64,000 nucleotides of DNA from Chrysomallon squamiferum (Eukaryota > Animalia > Mollusca): assembly GCA_012295275.1 (NCBI GenBank), contig CM022670.1, positions 34,038,001-34,102,000 on the forward strand, in the 5' to 3' direction. Positions within the stretch are counted from its first letter, which is position 1. Every line of letters starts with the position of its first letter. Made by a program: the position numbers and the translations under genes. Positions 42,913 to 58,335 of this stretch are shown one piece after another. The notes beneath the pieces are model-generated. The model had not been told where the DNA came from. It made no database searches and saw only the letters and a program-made list of their open reading frames with translations.

Positions 42913-42995
42913 TGACCTATATGTTTCGAAATGACCTATATGTTTGTAAATGACCTATATGTTTGTAAATGACCTATATGTTTGTAAATGACCTG
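42913..42995. repeat. 19-bp tandem repeat (TGACCTATATGTTTGTAAA), ~4 units
   Basis: Seen directly in the sequence. Confidence 0.9.
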
Positions 42996-43054
42996 TTTGT
43001 TACATCGATACGTGCCACAAGAAGAGGATGTCGTTGTTGATCAATTTGCATTGG

Positions 43055-43056
<2 letters not shown>

Positions 43057-43139
<83 letters not shown>

Positions 43140-43503
43140 GTTATTATTATTGTTGTTGTTGCTGTTACTAGTGATAGTAGTAGTAGTAGCATTTGTAGTT
43201 GCAGCAGTAGTAGTGATAAAAGTAATAATAGTAGTAGTAGTAGTGAGTAGTAGTAGTAGTAGTAGCAGTAGCAGTAATAATAACTCTTCTATTACTACTA
43301 CTACTATTACTACTACTACTAGTACTTCTACTATTACTACAGTTACTATTGCTACTGCTATTACTACAGTTACTGGTGCTACTACTATTACTACTACTGA
43401 TACTACAACTATTACTACTACTACTACTACTATTACGACTGCTGCTACTACTACTACTACTGCTATCACAGCTACTACTACTACTACTGTTACTACAACT
43501 ACT
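43057..43503. repeat. Compound trinucleotide tract (TTA)n-(TAG)n-(CTA)n
   Basis: Seen directly in the sequence. Confidence 0.9.
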
Positions 43504-43919
43504 AAACCGATAGTAACTGATTTTCTTTTGATTAACAGAGAGAGCAAAACAGAGGAAAAGACAGAACTAAAAGTTAAGTGAATGGCTGAAAGGAGTATCT
43601 GTGTATATCCATCTAATTATCCTCAGTTCCTCTTGCCTGCCTCAGAAATCTGCGGTATTTTGTTTTGACAGTTGTAAATCTCTTTAATTTCTCAATATAT
43701 AAACGCCTTAGTGTTTTCAGCATCTAATCTCAGGCTTTAAATCAGTACGTATCCTACATTTTTATAAGATTCAAATGACTAGATAGACAGACAGATTGAT
43801 AGAGAGATATGTACATGTGGATAGACAAACGCACACACAAACACGCAAACATCAGACAGACAGACAGACAGATAGACAGATAGATAGACAGCTAGATAGA
43901 CTGATATATAGTTGAGGAA

Positions 43920-44006
<87 letters not shown>

Positions 44007-45186
44007 CTAAATAGCAAACCACTGAAATTTACTGACCATAATACGTTAATCAGCAAATCAAGATCTACATTAAAAAAATGTACGTCAAAAAATCTGTTTT
44101 AATTTCATGCACAAATTCCTTTATAAATGCTTGAATACTCTTTAGAATAATCATCAACAACAACAACAAAATAAATTATTTTAAAAAAATTCACACAAAC
44201 CACAACGATCATTCTTTCTCTTTACAGAGGTGTTTTTGTTGTCTCTTCACTTGTTTACAATAAAGATTATTTATGGTAACTGTTCCTTGTACATCAAACG
44301 CTTTACAAAAATGAATCATCGTTCTGTGATTTAATTAACACGGGAAAAATCAAGAAAAACTGCTAAACACAGATGTCTTCCAAAGAATAATAAAATGTAA
44401 AAATAAAAAAAAAATATTTACGCAACAGAATACGAAGCAATTACCCGTACCGCTTTAACCCCCAGAGCGAATCCCAAAATGGCAGCCCTCCAAATTTCTA
44501 CGAAAACACATCAAAAATAAACGCTCGAACCTTTTTCATTCATTGGCTACGATGTGAAATGAGATATCATCTAACAATAACACAGTCTAAAGATAATCCA
44601 TCTGTTTGTCTGACGTTCCGTTCATAAAACACACGTTTTAAAAAGTATTTTAATTTCACCTTTTAAATACAATTTTCATATGTGTTTGTTCCGCGTTGAT
44701 CTAAAAAAACTGTCGTGCCTGTGGACTTCTTTATTTCTCATTATAGATGTAATTTAAATTCTTGTGGAAACAAAAAGACAGTGTGTTAAACACATCTATG
44801 ACACAAAAGTGCGTTGTTAAGTACAGTCATTAAAAATAGGTTCATAAAAGTATTCGTCAAGCTTTAATAGTTAGAAACTTTAACCTAGATTATATGTCTG
44901 CAAAACCGCTTAAACTCGCCCATCCAGTCTAAATATATAACTGTGTTCCTTTAAACACTTGTATAAATACATAAATGCGTAACAGAAACACGCACAGACT
45001 TACAAAAGGAGTGCTTTAACACACGTAGAAATGCACGTCTGCATATGATTACATACGTACACACAAACGTGAACATACACACACATATAACACACATACA
45101 CACAACATCAACATACATAAACATACCTATATACACATACGTACATTCATACAAACATATATATATATACATACGTCCATTCATAC

Positions 45187-45259
<73 letters not shown>

Positions 45260-45547
45260 CATATACATACAAATACACATACATAGCATCTATCCATACA
45301 TATATATACATACATGCATATACAAATAAAAACTCCCACAAGAATATGCAAACATTTACACACATATAAACACAAATGCACACATGTACATGCACACATA
45401 CACGTGCACAGAGAAACTAAATACATAAACTCATACCTAGATGTAGTTATCTACACGGAATGGTCATTCTGTCTTGCTTCCTATTGTCTTTTGAGAGGCA
45501 CAACCCCGGAAGGAAAACAATATCTGACAGTTTTGTTCTGCCATTAA

Positions 45548-45663
45548 AGCGACAGACCAAGAGGAAATCGTATATATTTGAGTAAACAGGAAGACACTGC
45601 GACTTTTAACCCATATTCTCATTTTAACTGAAATATATACAATTTCCTCTTGGTCTGTCGTCA
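45548..45663. mobile_element. Small MITE-like element with 30-bp TIRs, TTAA-flanked (Kolobok/piggyBac-like)
   Basis: CGACAGACCAAGAGGAAATCGTATATATTT (45550-45579) vs inverted copy 45631-45660, 1 mismatch. TTAA at 45544-45547 and 45664-45667. Confidence 0.6.
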
Positions 45664-45679
45664 TTAATAATTGAAAAAT

Positions 45680-45728
<49 letters not shown>

Positions 45729-47053
45729 AAATAAAATAAAAATAATATTAATAATAAATAAATTAAATAATAATAAATATCAACAAAAAAAAAAAATTAC
45801 GATTATTATTGTTACTGCTACTACTGGTACTACTACTGTTGCTGCTTTTAATACTAGTAATTACAAATAAGTAAGTACGTAAGTAAACAAATAAATAAAT
45901 TAATTTAATTTAAATTAAATCAAAAATTAAAATTACAAAATATATTAATTAAAAACATGTTGTCGGGAAATAGAAATTATGACTTCCATTTCAGAAGCAT
46001 AAAAGAAAAACCAAAAAACAACATTTAAATTTGTTTTAAAAGCCCCTACATCTGCTATACGATTTTATAATCTCTGTGACTCATGTTAACTAATTATTTA
46101 TTTAGATATTTTATATCTGAGTGACGTCATACTTCCAAGTACACAGGAAATTAAGAATATTTCTGTCTGGGATCACTCCAGTTACACTGCAGGAAATTTA
46201 TGTGGATTCATGTAATTTTACATTTTTATGTCGCTAAATATTTCCTGACACCACAAATCTCTTCGTAGGTTTTGTAATATCAGTTATTAGGTGTTGTATG
46301 TTTTCTGATATTGTAATGATTTTGTCTGATAGAAGTAAAAAAAAAAAAAATAAAATAAAAAAAGCAGTCTGATAAAATAAATAAAATAAAAGCCATTACT
46401 GCTAACCATCATAAAGTGCACCACACTTTATACAGTAAAAGAAATATTAGCGCTTTTAGCTATCATTTTGGGGACACAAGTTGGAACAAGAAAAAAATGA
46501 AATCGGTCTCGATATTCATGCGTTAGCATATATATTAATAAATGTAGTTTCAGACTTCTATAATTAGTAATATACAGATCAGAATCCATAAATAACGTTT
46601 CTGAATTACATAAGGTCTTTAAAATAGCACGTTATATCTTCACTAGAACATTAACGAGCTTAATTTATACTGAACTGCATCGACTCTGTCGCCTAAACCA
46701 CTAATGAAGTCACTTCTTACTACTCATTACTGACAATTTGTCCCTCCGCATGGGAGCACGTTTTACTTTGAAGTATCGCTTTGACGTAGAAGCCAGTTAG
46801 ATGCTGTTAGCATCAATTAATTGCACAAGGACACTGAGAAAGTATGGGTGTCTTTTGAATGACGAATTATAGAACGAAGCGTTAAATGTAATTCATGTCT
46901 TTTTGAAAACAGAGTACCAGATTTTATGATCTATATTACAGGCAAGAAAGATCGAAGAAAATGATGTAAATAGTACTCACGTGCAAACACACCTACACGC
47001 ATTTATTGTTCCTTTATATATTCTACAATCAATATAATGTCTTTAGGAAACAA

Positions 47054-47133
<80 letters not shown>

Positions 47134-48192
47134 GGTTTGCCTTCAGAATATTAGTGTGCACTCCACTCTTCTCAATATTTGTATAAAATAAAAGTGTTTA
47201 TACATGTATTAACATATAAACTAACTAATCTAATTTATTTCTTTTCGAAATCAGAGTTTATTTTTAAACAAAAAGCTATGTAAACAATTATTTATCCTCC
47301 CTTCCTACACATTACCGAAACAGAAACAATGTCGTTGTTTTAGCGAGTATCATGCCATTATCTCAACAACGCCACAATCTTTAAAATACATTAGTCTCTA
47401 ACCCATAGATAATAATGAAAAGTTAAGCTCGACAAATATTTGTTCTGAGAGTTTTAAAAGTTCCTGTTTGCTGAACAAATGCACGGAAAACTGATTGGAC
47501 GCACACACAAAAAAAAAAAAAAGAAAAAAAAAGAAAAAAAAAAAAAAAAAGAGAAGAGATCGATAACAATTATTTGTCTTTACACACAGCTTTGACTATT
47601 ATCGTCTGAATGGCGTATTTCCGGTCAGGCACTCCCATGTCTGCTAGTCTGGGCACACCAAGAGGGCAATGCTCCCCCAGAGAGACGTAAAATTGTGTAG
47701 GGTTAGAATGCCGCGATAACACACGAAGTTGAAGTGTGTGTGTGTGTGTGGCACTTTGTAGAGGGTTCGATTTGTGACAAAGTGCTAGAAGTGCATTTGG
47801 CTTGTTCGGGCAGCCCGCGGTTCAATAACAGACTGTCCCTCGGTGATTTGGGTTTGTAAGAAAAAGCAAACATTAGAAATCGGCGAGATTAAATTATTCA
47901 TTCAGATGTTGCTACATGTCGTTGCTGTCATGCATGTTATAACCTTTTTTTTTTTTTTTTTTTTTTTTTTGCCGTTGAATGTATGGCTGTCGATTTATTT
48001 TTGTTTCTTTATTATTCATGTGGGGTTTGTTGTGAGGATTTTGTGTGTGTTTTTTTTGTATGTTGTTTACAGAACAATACAGAACTGTTTTATTTTCATT
48101 CTTATTCTTTTACTGTTTATCTTATGGATAAGGAAAACGAACATAATTCGTTACCTTATTATAAAATAATCGTGAATAATAATCTCGCCAAA

Positions 48193-48228
<36 letters not shown>

Positions 48229-49485
48229 TTATATTTGAGTTATCAAATAATTTTTCCTATCTTCTTTGAAAAAAAAAAAATAAAAAATAAAAAACACTCA
48301 CACAAAAAGCCCACCACTACAATGGAATTTACGATTGGCAGCAAACCTTGAAATGTCGCTTACGATCATTTCTTAATAAGGTGACGATTTCTGGATAAAC
48401 GGCAAGTACGTAAACCCAGCCGACTGTAGCCCCAGCCGTACGTTTACACGATAAACACATTGTACGAACAATCGAACTGAATAACTCTACTTGACTACTT
48501 CAGAATTTGAACTTAAGTCCTGACGTCTGTGTTTTACAAGCACTTAAATACACCTGACGTTTTTTCGCACCTATTTCGTCAAACGTGCGTAAATTCAGTG
48601 ATAAACAATCGTTTTTAATACACAGTGGGTTCAAACTGATTACACGAAACACATATAAAAAAAAAGGATGCTTACATGCATGCAAAAATATAAAACAGTG
48701 CATAAAAATACACGTGTTCTATAAAGAAAATACAGTTTAAAAGCATTTGTCGGCTTTTATTAATTTGTTATTTCAGAAGAGGAACGAAAAATAAATATAC
48801 TGTGCTTACTATACAAGAATGGAAACAAATAATATACATGTATATAGGAAAATACATGAATCTATAACAAAGACACAGCCCAAAACCAAAATAAATAAAG
48901 AAAGAAAATAAAAGAATAGAAAATATAATAATAAAAAAAAAATAAAAAAATAAATAAAAATTACTCCCCAAACAAACAACGAGAACAACAAAAGCAAAAC
49001 AACATTAATAATAGATTAATACAGTTTTGGAAGCAAAGATAATGGCTTTCGATTTTGTAAGGAATCACACGCATTCTGCTTTTTAATAAATAATCAACTC
49101 ATTTTCTGTATCCCGGTATGTATTTCTCTCTAACAGTGCCGTGCAAAATCAGCAGTTTGTAACTACTGTTGTAAACTAAAAAAAAACTGCATCCTGAAAC
49201 AAATGTCAGCGACTGTAACATGAAAACCGTTTCCGTGTAATTAAACAGTCTGTCATCAAGTGAGAGCGGCAGCAAAAGGTCACACAAAGGAGGAGGATGG
49301 TGGTGTCGAAATATTTGGATTTGTTCTAAAAATAACTAAACAAAAGTATTTTAAAAGAGAAACAAGAACAACCGCGGCTACCACATACTTCAGTAACACC
49401 ATGTCCAGAAAACTATCCATTTTAAGAATTTGTTTGGATATTTATTTAACCTGAGGAATATTGAGTGATGATGCTCTTAATCGTG

Positions 49486-49549
49486 ACAGTAGCAAACATG
49501 AATAAATATGTTTATACATATAAACACATTTATTCATGTTTGCTACTGT
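49486..49549. repeat. Near-perfect 64-bp palindrome (31-bp arms, 2-nt loop)
   Basis: ACAGTAGCAAACATGAATAAATATGTTTATA-CA-TATAAACACATTTATTCATGTTTGCTACTGT; one mismatch. Confidence 0.9.
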
Positions 49550-51461
49550 GTGTGTTTATCTGTCTATCTGTATATGTATATCTATGTATCTGTCTATATA
49601 ATTCTATATAATTATGTATATCTATCTATAATAGAAGAGTGAAGTAACTAAGAAAAAGAAAAAGAAAATTACTATAAATACTTTTTCTAAAAGAAATAAT
49701 TTGACATATGAGCACCATTTCAAAAAGGATAAAAATACATGTAATCTGATTTAATATGAATTAATCTGATTTCTGTCAAAACAATTCTATCAAAATTAAA
49801 CAGTTAAAAATGTGCTTATTTTCATACGATACTTTTTCTTATTAACAGAAATATCAAAACTCAACACCGAATACTATTCAGTGCACAGAAAAATCATTTC
49901 CATCTTGTTGTAGAAATGTTTTTTATCTAAACAGAACAGTATGTGTACCACGTGTCTAAAATAAATCATTTTGTGCAGGGTGAATATGCACGTGGAATAA
50001 TAACAGAAATCTAATTGTTTACATACCATAATATTTCATGAATTCTAAATCAAAATAAGAGTGATGTATGTATATGAATAGTAAACATGAGTAATAGAAT
50101 ACTAGTCACTTATTGTAAGATATATTAATTGTGTTTGTAATTTACTTCACTGGTCCAAGACATAATACTAGTAATTTAATACAAGTAAATTAGTTACAAG
50201 TAATACTAGTAATGTATTTCAGGACCTAACGATATTTTACTTCACCGGTAATTTGTATACACAGATGGTAACAAAAATTAGTTCGCTAGAAATTTACTTG
50301 ACGATGTATAAACGATACTGATAATTTGTTTGACGACATACAAATCATACTTAAAGTTATCTTCACTAGTAATTATCTGGATGACAAACAAGTCATATTA
50401 ATACTTTACTTTACTATTAATTAACATCACTACAAACAAACCACATTAAAAATATAGTAACTTTGTTCGTGACATAAAACTGTAATGTATGAGTCTTATA
50501 CTTAAGACGAAGAAATCTTGAAGCTGATGATGTTCATGGAACAATTATATTACAATTTCTTGAGCTTTCTAATTATGTACTATGTTAAATATACGTACCA
50601 CCTTCACGTCTCAGTACTGTCACAGACAAATCTGGCCTGAAATAACAGAACTTGTGATCACGAAATTGCTATCGGGACGTCAGATGCTAGTTTCCGGTGA
50701 ACCATCTGAAGTTTCTTCTAACAGTCGTGCATGGTCATACAGCGATCTCCCACAGTGCCATTAACTGATGTGTAAATGTTTACACAGAATCCGCAGAATG
50801 GTATCGGTGATACAACTAAACAGTTTTATCAGCTTTTGTGGGTGTTACGTAGTCCAGGTCATTTCACGCCAATTGTTCCTTCATTTGTAAACCGATTCCT
50901 TTGCTGCGGAAATGTTATATGTGTATGCAGGAACCAATAACTGATTTGTTGCATGTGGGTTTAAATAAACAACCCCCAGCCAGAGTTTAATAAGATCACT
51001 GGATGAATAAAGTCTTGCGAATGTTTAATAAGAATTTGTTATTTATTATTGAAATTATCTGAACATGATGGATAATGCCTTCTGTTTTAATTAAAAGTAA
51101 ACCCAACAACGTAATGTTTTATTCATTGAAAACTAATATAATTTGATCCAGCTGGTTACGTATGTATGAAATAAAGATTAAGCCTAACTTATATCTACAG
51201 CATCTATTAATCTCATAAAACCAAAAGCACAATGTAAACAGATTTACAGTCTGATAGTGTAATTAATTAATACCGTTATGTAATACGTCTGGGAAAATAT
51301 TGCATAGTTTTAATTAAATATAATCTTTTGGATTAATTACATGAACATGTGTCAGTCAGAAATATTCCAGATTCCTGATGAAACAAATGTTTTCCACGAA
51401 GCCACTGCCTGTTCGAACAAACGCTTTGAAATTAATGTAATTCTAATTACAAATATCAAAT

Positions 51462-52700
51462 TTGACATTTTGTATTCTGGTATGTTTCACATACTGTACA
51501 TTGATAAAGCTGACATCCTGTATTCTCTATTTTGATAAATTTGCCATACTTTATACTGATAAACTTGTCATACTTTACACTGGTAAACCTGTCGTACTTC
51601 ATAGTGGTAAACCTGTCATACTTTATACTCATAAACCTGCCATACTTTATACTGGTAAACCTCCCATACTTTTTACTGGTAAACCTGCCATACTTTATAC
51701 TCGTAAACCTGACATACTTTATACTGGTAAACCTCCCATACTTTATACTGGTAAGCCCGCCATACTTTATACTGGTAAGCCTGACGTAAACCTGGTAAAG
51801 CCTGACTACTTTATACTGGTAAACTTCCCATACTTTATTCTGGTAAACCGCCATACTTTATACTTGTAAACGTACCATACTTTATACTTGTAAATGTGAC
51901 ATACTGTCTACTGGTAAACTTCACATATTGATAAACCTGACAAACTCTATTTTGGTAAATTTAACGTACTTTATACTGGTAAACCTGTCATACTTTATAC
52001 TGGTACATCTGACCTACTTTATACTGGTAAATGTGACGTACTTTATACTGGTATACTTCACATATCGTTAACTGATAAACCTGACATACTGTATACTGGT
52101 AAAATTGACATACTCTGTTTTGGTACATCTGTTAATTTTGACATACATTTTATACTGATAAACGTGACATACTTTATTTATACCGATAACTCTGACATAC
52201 TGTATCTATTGTTTTAAATTTTACATACTTTATACTGATAAACGTGACATACTTTATACCGATAAATCTGACATACTCTATTGTGGTAAATTGTACATTC
52301 TTTATACTGGTAAACTTCATTTACAGTATTCTGGTAACTTAAAATAGAGTGTACTGGTAAATGTGACAGACTGTTTAATGGTAAATGTTGACATACTATA
52401 TACAGGTAAACTTCACGTACTGTATTCTGTATACTGATAAACTTCACTTCCAGTATTCAGGGTAACCTTTACGTTCTGTATAATGGTAAATGTAACAGAT
52501 TGTAGTCTGGTAAACGTGACAAACTCTATATTAATAAATGTGACACATGGTAAACTTTTCTGACTCTATTTTGGTAAACCGTACATTCTTTATTCTGGTA
52601 AAAGAGATATGCGGTATGCTGTATACGAATAAAGCCGACATATTCTCTACTGACATACTATAAGCTGGTAAACTTCACATACATTATATTGGTATACGGT
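51462..52700. repeat. Degenerate 24-bp satellite (CATACTTTATACTGGTAAACCTGC consensus)
   Basis: Repeated TACTTTATACTGGTAAA cores. Most homogeneous at 51545-51890, decaying rightward. Confidence 0.9.
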
Positions 52701-54157
52701 ATATTAGACTTACGGTATAATGGCAAATTTGATACAGTTATCTTGAAATACAGCATAATAATAAAACTGATACATTATATGCGGGGTACAAAATTAATGA
52801 TCCTCCGGCATATTAACTCAAACAGTCGTAATGTGAAATGGCCTAAGAGGATCGAAATGCATTTTTAAAAATATATTTCATGTCTTGTTTTGCAGTCAGA
52901 AAGCACAGATGAATGCTTAGTACGTTATTCCGATCTGACAGTCTCAAGTTAATAACACCAATAAATATTTCATCTATTGACATTGTTTTGAGTCTGTAAT
53001 GATATTGGCAATCAGATATAAATGACTGTCCTTTGGCCTTCAAAAAAACGATAAACGTGTTTACTTCTACACTTGATATCTGTGTGACAGTTTCAGTGAA
53101 ATAATCTTTGTATGTTGCTGTAAATTATCTCTCAATTAGTTTGCTTATTTTTTCCCCCTTCCATTCAAATTACTTTTCTTTAATACATTTTTCTTTTCTT
53201 CCCATCCTGTTTTTCTGTCTGTCTGTCTGTATGCATGTATGTATTTATGTATGAATGCCTGTCTATGTTTCTGTATCTCCACCTTCCTTTGTTCTTCCTT
53301 CCTCTATCAAGCATTATTTATAAAACTCATTAATTAACTTTAAACGATTTCTTCAAAACCAAACATCAAACTTTCACAAATAATAACAACATAAAAACGA
53401 ACATTCTTTTAAAATGAATTTTTAAATACCTCTTATATTATAAGGCGAACACTATGTAACTAAGTGAACTAAATCTTACCATATTACACATGTTTCTGAC
53501 ATCCATCTCTAACTTGTTGAAAACATCTCCGCACAATCTCATCCTCATCTTATTAGCAGACTATCCACATTTTTAAACTCTTTCTCTCAACGGTAGTTTA
53601 AATCAGCAAAAATAAAGCGATAATAATAACAACAACAACAACAAAATTGCATTAATATATATTTTAGTCTTAGGCTTTTTCTGGGCATGACACTGAATTC
53701 AAATGAAAAGAATTCCCACAGAGGTAAAAATGTAAAAATCAAATTTCTGTCCGTCTCAATTTCACTAAATGTCATCGTGTATAATACGACTATTAACTTT
53801 GTCACGTATGACGCCAGCCTTAATTTAGTTTTCTGTCCCACATAATAATTTCCGGTGTTTTCCATAATATCTGACTGTCTAAGCAAACAAGTATTTAGGG
53901 AAACGAAAAATTGACTGCATTGATTTCTGTTCGAGTTAGCTAATACTGTGCAAATAATTAGGCTTAACATCCTGGTGGTGATTGTTTTTGGATATCATTT
54001 TTCAAACAGAATGTGATGTCTGAGGAAACATCGTCATTATTCGTGACTGCAACATTTAGGTGGACCAGCAGTCGTTTACAATATGTTAAATAACAGCGCC
54101 AGACTGTTGGTTGTTAACTGATGTCCAAATCAAGGGGGAAAAGAAGAAGAAGAAGAA

Positions 54158-54189
<32 letters not shown>

Positions 54190-54510
54190 AGAAAAAGAAG
54201 AAGAAGAATGCAGAGTGATTTGTTGAACAGCAACAACAGAAGTAGCATAAGGAAAAGTAACAAAACAAAAAATGTAACAATGCTAATATCCAACAGAACA
54301 AACAAACAAACTCATTATTTTTATTTAATTTTATTACATATGTGTATTTCTGTACTAAAAATGATATTTGGATCTATATTTCCCTTGTTTCATCTGAAAC
54401 ATAATATTACCCTGTCATTTCAAAACTAATATGGCTAAAATGTAATTAAAATTTGTTCATCTCACTTTCAGTATAAATCACTGGAGTTATTATTATTCTT
54501 GTTGTTGTTG

Positions 54511-54590
<80 letters not shown>

Positions 54591-55183
54591 TAATTGTGGT
54601 TGTTATTGCCGCTGTTATTTTTGTTCTCTTTCGTTTTCCTTTATTCCTGCTCCTTGATTATCATCGTCATCATCATCATCATCATCATCATTTTCTTCTT
54701 CTTCTTCCTTTTTCTTCTTCTATTATCAAATTTCGCTTTTGAAAAATATAAATCTGATTTATTAATTACTGTCAATAATTTAAATACTAAACACAAACAA
54801 AATCATTATCTTAACCAGTGTCGCCTATTTTAACTCTGGATATCAGACGAAAACACTATACATCGATCTACACATGTTAATACTCGTATCGTTACTACTT
54901 CTCCCTCATACCTCTGTTTCTTCCTGAAATAGAAACATATATACACCCGTACGCACAAACATCCAAATACAAACACGCACGCGACGCGCACACACACACG
55001 CACGCACACACACACATGCACACACACAAACCCACGGTTCCGATGCTTTATATAGTTGAGCCAAAACTTCCATAATGATTAGCCAAAATGAAACCAGAAC
55101 TTCCATAAAAATAAATATTTGAAAATGTTAGTTTTTCACAGCTACTTGTTTACAATAATGCGCCGATTCAAAAACCATCCATA

Positions 55184-55207
55184 AATAAATATTTAAAATG
55201 TTCTCAT

Positions 55208-55295
<88 letters not shown>

Positions 55296-55620
55296 AAACA
55301 AAAAAAAAACAAGGTATTTTTTTTTTCAAAGATGTTATAAATAGTAAGGTGTAATTTAGACAGCACGTTGTGTATTGAAGGACTACCCACAGATTTATTA
55401 TCTATTACAAACTGTTTGATGTTCAGAAACAGAATTAATCATGTGTATCTCATTTCAACATGATAATCACAAGGATTTAAAATTTGATAAACGAGTTGTC
55501 TATAATTATTAATGCTGATCGTAATTGACCTATATGTTTGCGAATAACAATATAACAAGCACTAACTTAAATTGAAAAAAGGTAATCTTCAAGGCGAGAT
55601 TCGAAACTTGCAATTTTTTC
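55184..55620 (+). repeat. ~430-bp dispersed duplicate, copy 1 (contains (GA)n)
   Basis: Homologous to ~57873-58300 (aaggtatttt..aaagatgtta..ggtgtaatttagaca..cagatttattatctattacaaactgtttgatgttcagaaacag..aaggtaatcttcaaggcg). Confidence 0.85.
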
Positions 55621-56690
55621 AAACGCATTTTCAACAAAACATTCATCGAAAAAAGTTAAAAATAAAATAATTTCAGTGCGAAGAAAGACAACTCCATCAA
55701 TTTTGTAATGACAGCGTGTGATTTTGTTTGCTTCCGCTTTCTTTCAACAGTAGAAAGTTCGCTGTTTGCAAGGTTAGTGGAAAGTTTTGAAATGTGTTTC
55801 TATCGTTCCAGGACACTGTCAATCCATTTTATTTAATTCTATGTAATTTTTTTTCAGGTTATTTCTCAACTGGCTATGAAGATTCGGTAACTGTCAGAAA
55901 TTTGGTTCATAACCGGAAATTAAGCTTTCGAAATTGGTATTTTGTGAAACTGAGGATGATGTTTTCTAATATTCCAGCGAACATTACTTTGACAAACCGT
56001 CTACATTAGCGTCCAAATTGATTATGTTTAAACAATATACGACACAAAACAATTTGCTTTTGTAGTTAATAAATAAATAAATAGAGTTAGAAAAAGTAAC
56101 AAATACACATAGAATGCAACGAGAAAATAAATTCAAAATCTTTTTTCACTGAAGCCAGAGACAGCTCAAAGAAAATTCAAAACTGATCCGAGATTCTTAA
56201 AACAAAAATGACATCGTGCCTTGCTAGTTACCTCCCTTCTTTTTAAGTTAACACCAGAATGTCAGTCGCTACAGTAGTTATTAAAACGACAAAACTGCTT
56301 AATCTAACAAGCTAAAAATGATCTGTGATATTTTTAAGGAATTCATTTTATATTTTTTTAATTATATGAGTTACATATAGCGCCAAAAGAACAAATGATA
56401 GCAAAATTCAAAGAAAAACGACTTATTTTAACTTATTTTTATATATACGCAGTTCATTTGTATATACTGCCTTGAGAATGAAACAAAATGTGACACTTAT
56501 GACGATTAAAATAGCATTATTAACACTGACACACAAAAACACTAATTGTAGTTTAGATAAGTATTTAAAAAAATTTAAAATCACAATACATGTATAGGGA
56601 CATAAAGCAGTTAATTGTACAAGAGTTAATTCCCTTGAAATAGTTTCTAGGGTTAGAATGACTAAATTGCACATTGACTAGATTTTGTTA

Positions 56691-56750
<60 letters not shown>

Positions 56751-57872
56751 TAATAAATAAATAGTAATATATAAAACTGTATTTACTAATGTCACAGAGT
56801 AGGTGATACGTATTTGTTTAAATGTGTTTTCAGAAGGTTTTAATTCAGAACTGGATGTAAATCTGTAGATGTTTTATCGTCGTTTCAGTAATTTTTCTGA
56901 GGTAAACCGACAGCATGTACAGTGAGAATTTGCAACAAAACCCTTTCACCGAGAAAAACAGCTGACAGATACTAAAATAAAATAAAATAAAAAAATAAAA
57001 TAAATACATCTCGCCGATTCTGCTGAAATGATTATTAATTAGGAACATTGTGTCAGTGAATAATTGAAAGAATTGAAAGTATTAAATTACAACTGCGAAG
57101 AAAAGTGTTTCTTATATTTTAGTGTCAGAACTAAATTACATCAGAAGCTAAACTGTTTTAGAATAGAACTGGTCAGTTTATAACTCTAATATCAGACATT
57201 TAATAACCATTAACCAAATAGTATTCTATGCGAGTACAGTATACATACATACACTTAATTTCCTATAATATATATAAAAGCCAGTTTGACCGGTACTATA
57301 ATGCAAAGTCTATTCTAAGAGTGGTCTAATGGTTTTTGTTTTTTTATTTCTCATACGGCCTCTGTCGATAATACGACCAGGAGTGGTTGGATCCTTTGTT
57401 CACACATATTGACAATCAAAGAACTATGCAGGACGCCTACTTCTGTTTTATATTTAAAAAATAACCTGCTGTTGAAACGAGAAAGAGAAAATTAGTTGTA
57501 ATTATTGACACTGTTGTTTTTTTTGTCTTATTATTTTTATATCTTACATCAGGTAAAGCGAAATATCCTACACACTGACATTCGTACGTCATCATTTACT
57601 AAAGATTTCCAGATTTATTGATTAAATTAAACAATTAATGTTGTTATGTTTTTGCCACACAATAGGAATGTATGGGCAGAAATTAGATAAAGATCATTTC
57701 AGTTATTTCAAAATACAGATACAACTCAAGATATATTGATCGCTACTTATGTAGCAAATCTCTGGTTTATTTTTATTTATTTTATTTTATTTTATTTTAT
57801 TATTATTATTTTTTTGAAATAAAACAGTCACTACTGTTATGACTCACTGGTAATGTGCATGGAATGTTCGGA

Positions 57873-57954
57873 AATAAATATTTAAAATGTTTTTATTTAA
57901 CTTCTACTTGTTTACGATAATACGCAGTAGATACTACCCCTGAATAATTTATTT

Positions 57955-58030
<76 letters not shown>

Positions 58031-58294
58031 AAAACAACAAACTAAGAAGGTATTTTATTGTTGGTTTTAAAGATGTTAAAAATAGTACGGTGTAATTTAG
58101 ACAACACGTTGTATATTGAAGGATTAACATCAGATTTATTATCTATTACAAACTGTTTGATGTTCAGAAACAGAATTAATCATGTGTATCTCATTTCAAC
58201 ACGATAATCACAAGGATATTTGCGATTAACAATATAACAAGCGCTAATTAAATTATTGAGAAAAGGTAATCTTCAAGGCGTGATTCGAAAGTTG

Positions 58295-58300
<6 letters not shown>
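57873..58300 (+). repeat. Dispersed duplicate, copy 2, bracketed by ~60-bp direct repeats (57811-57869 and 58327-58384)
   Basis: Homology to 55184-55620. The flank aaataaaaca..tgttatgactcactggtaatgtgca is repeated on both sides. Confidence 0.8.

Positions 58301-58335
<35 letters not shown>

Noticed and set aside
47600-47860. GC/CpG-richer patch as a promoter or first exon
   Set aside because: No clear core motifs or linked coding exons visible.
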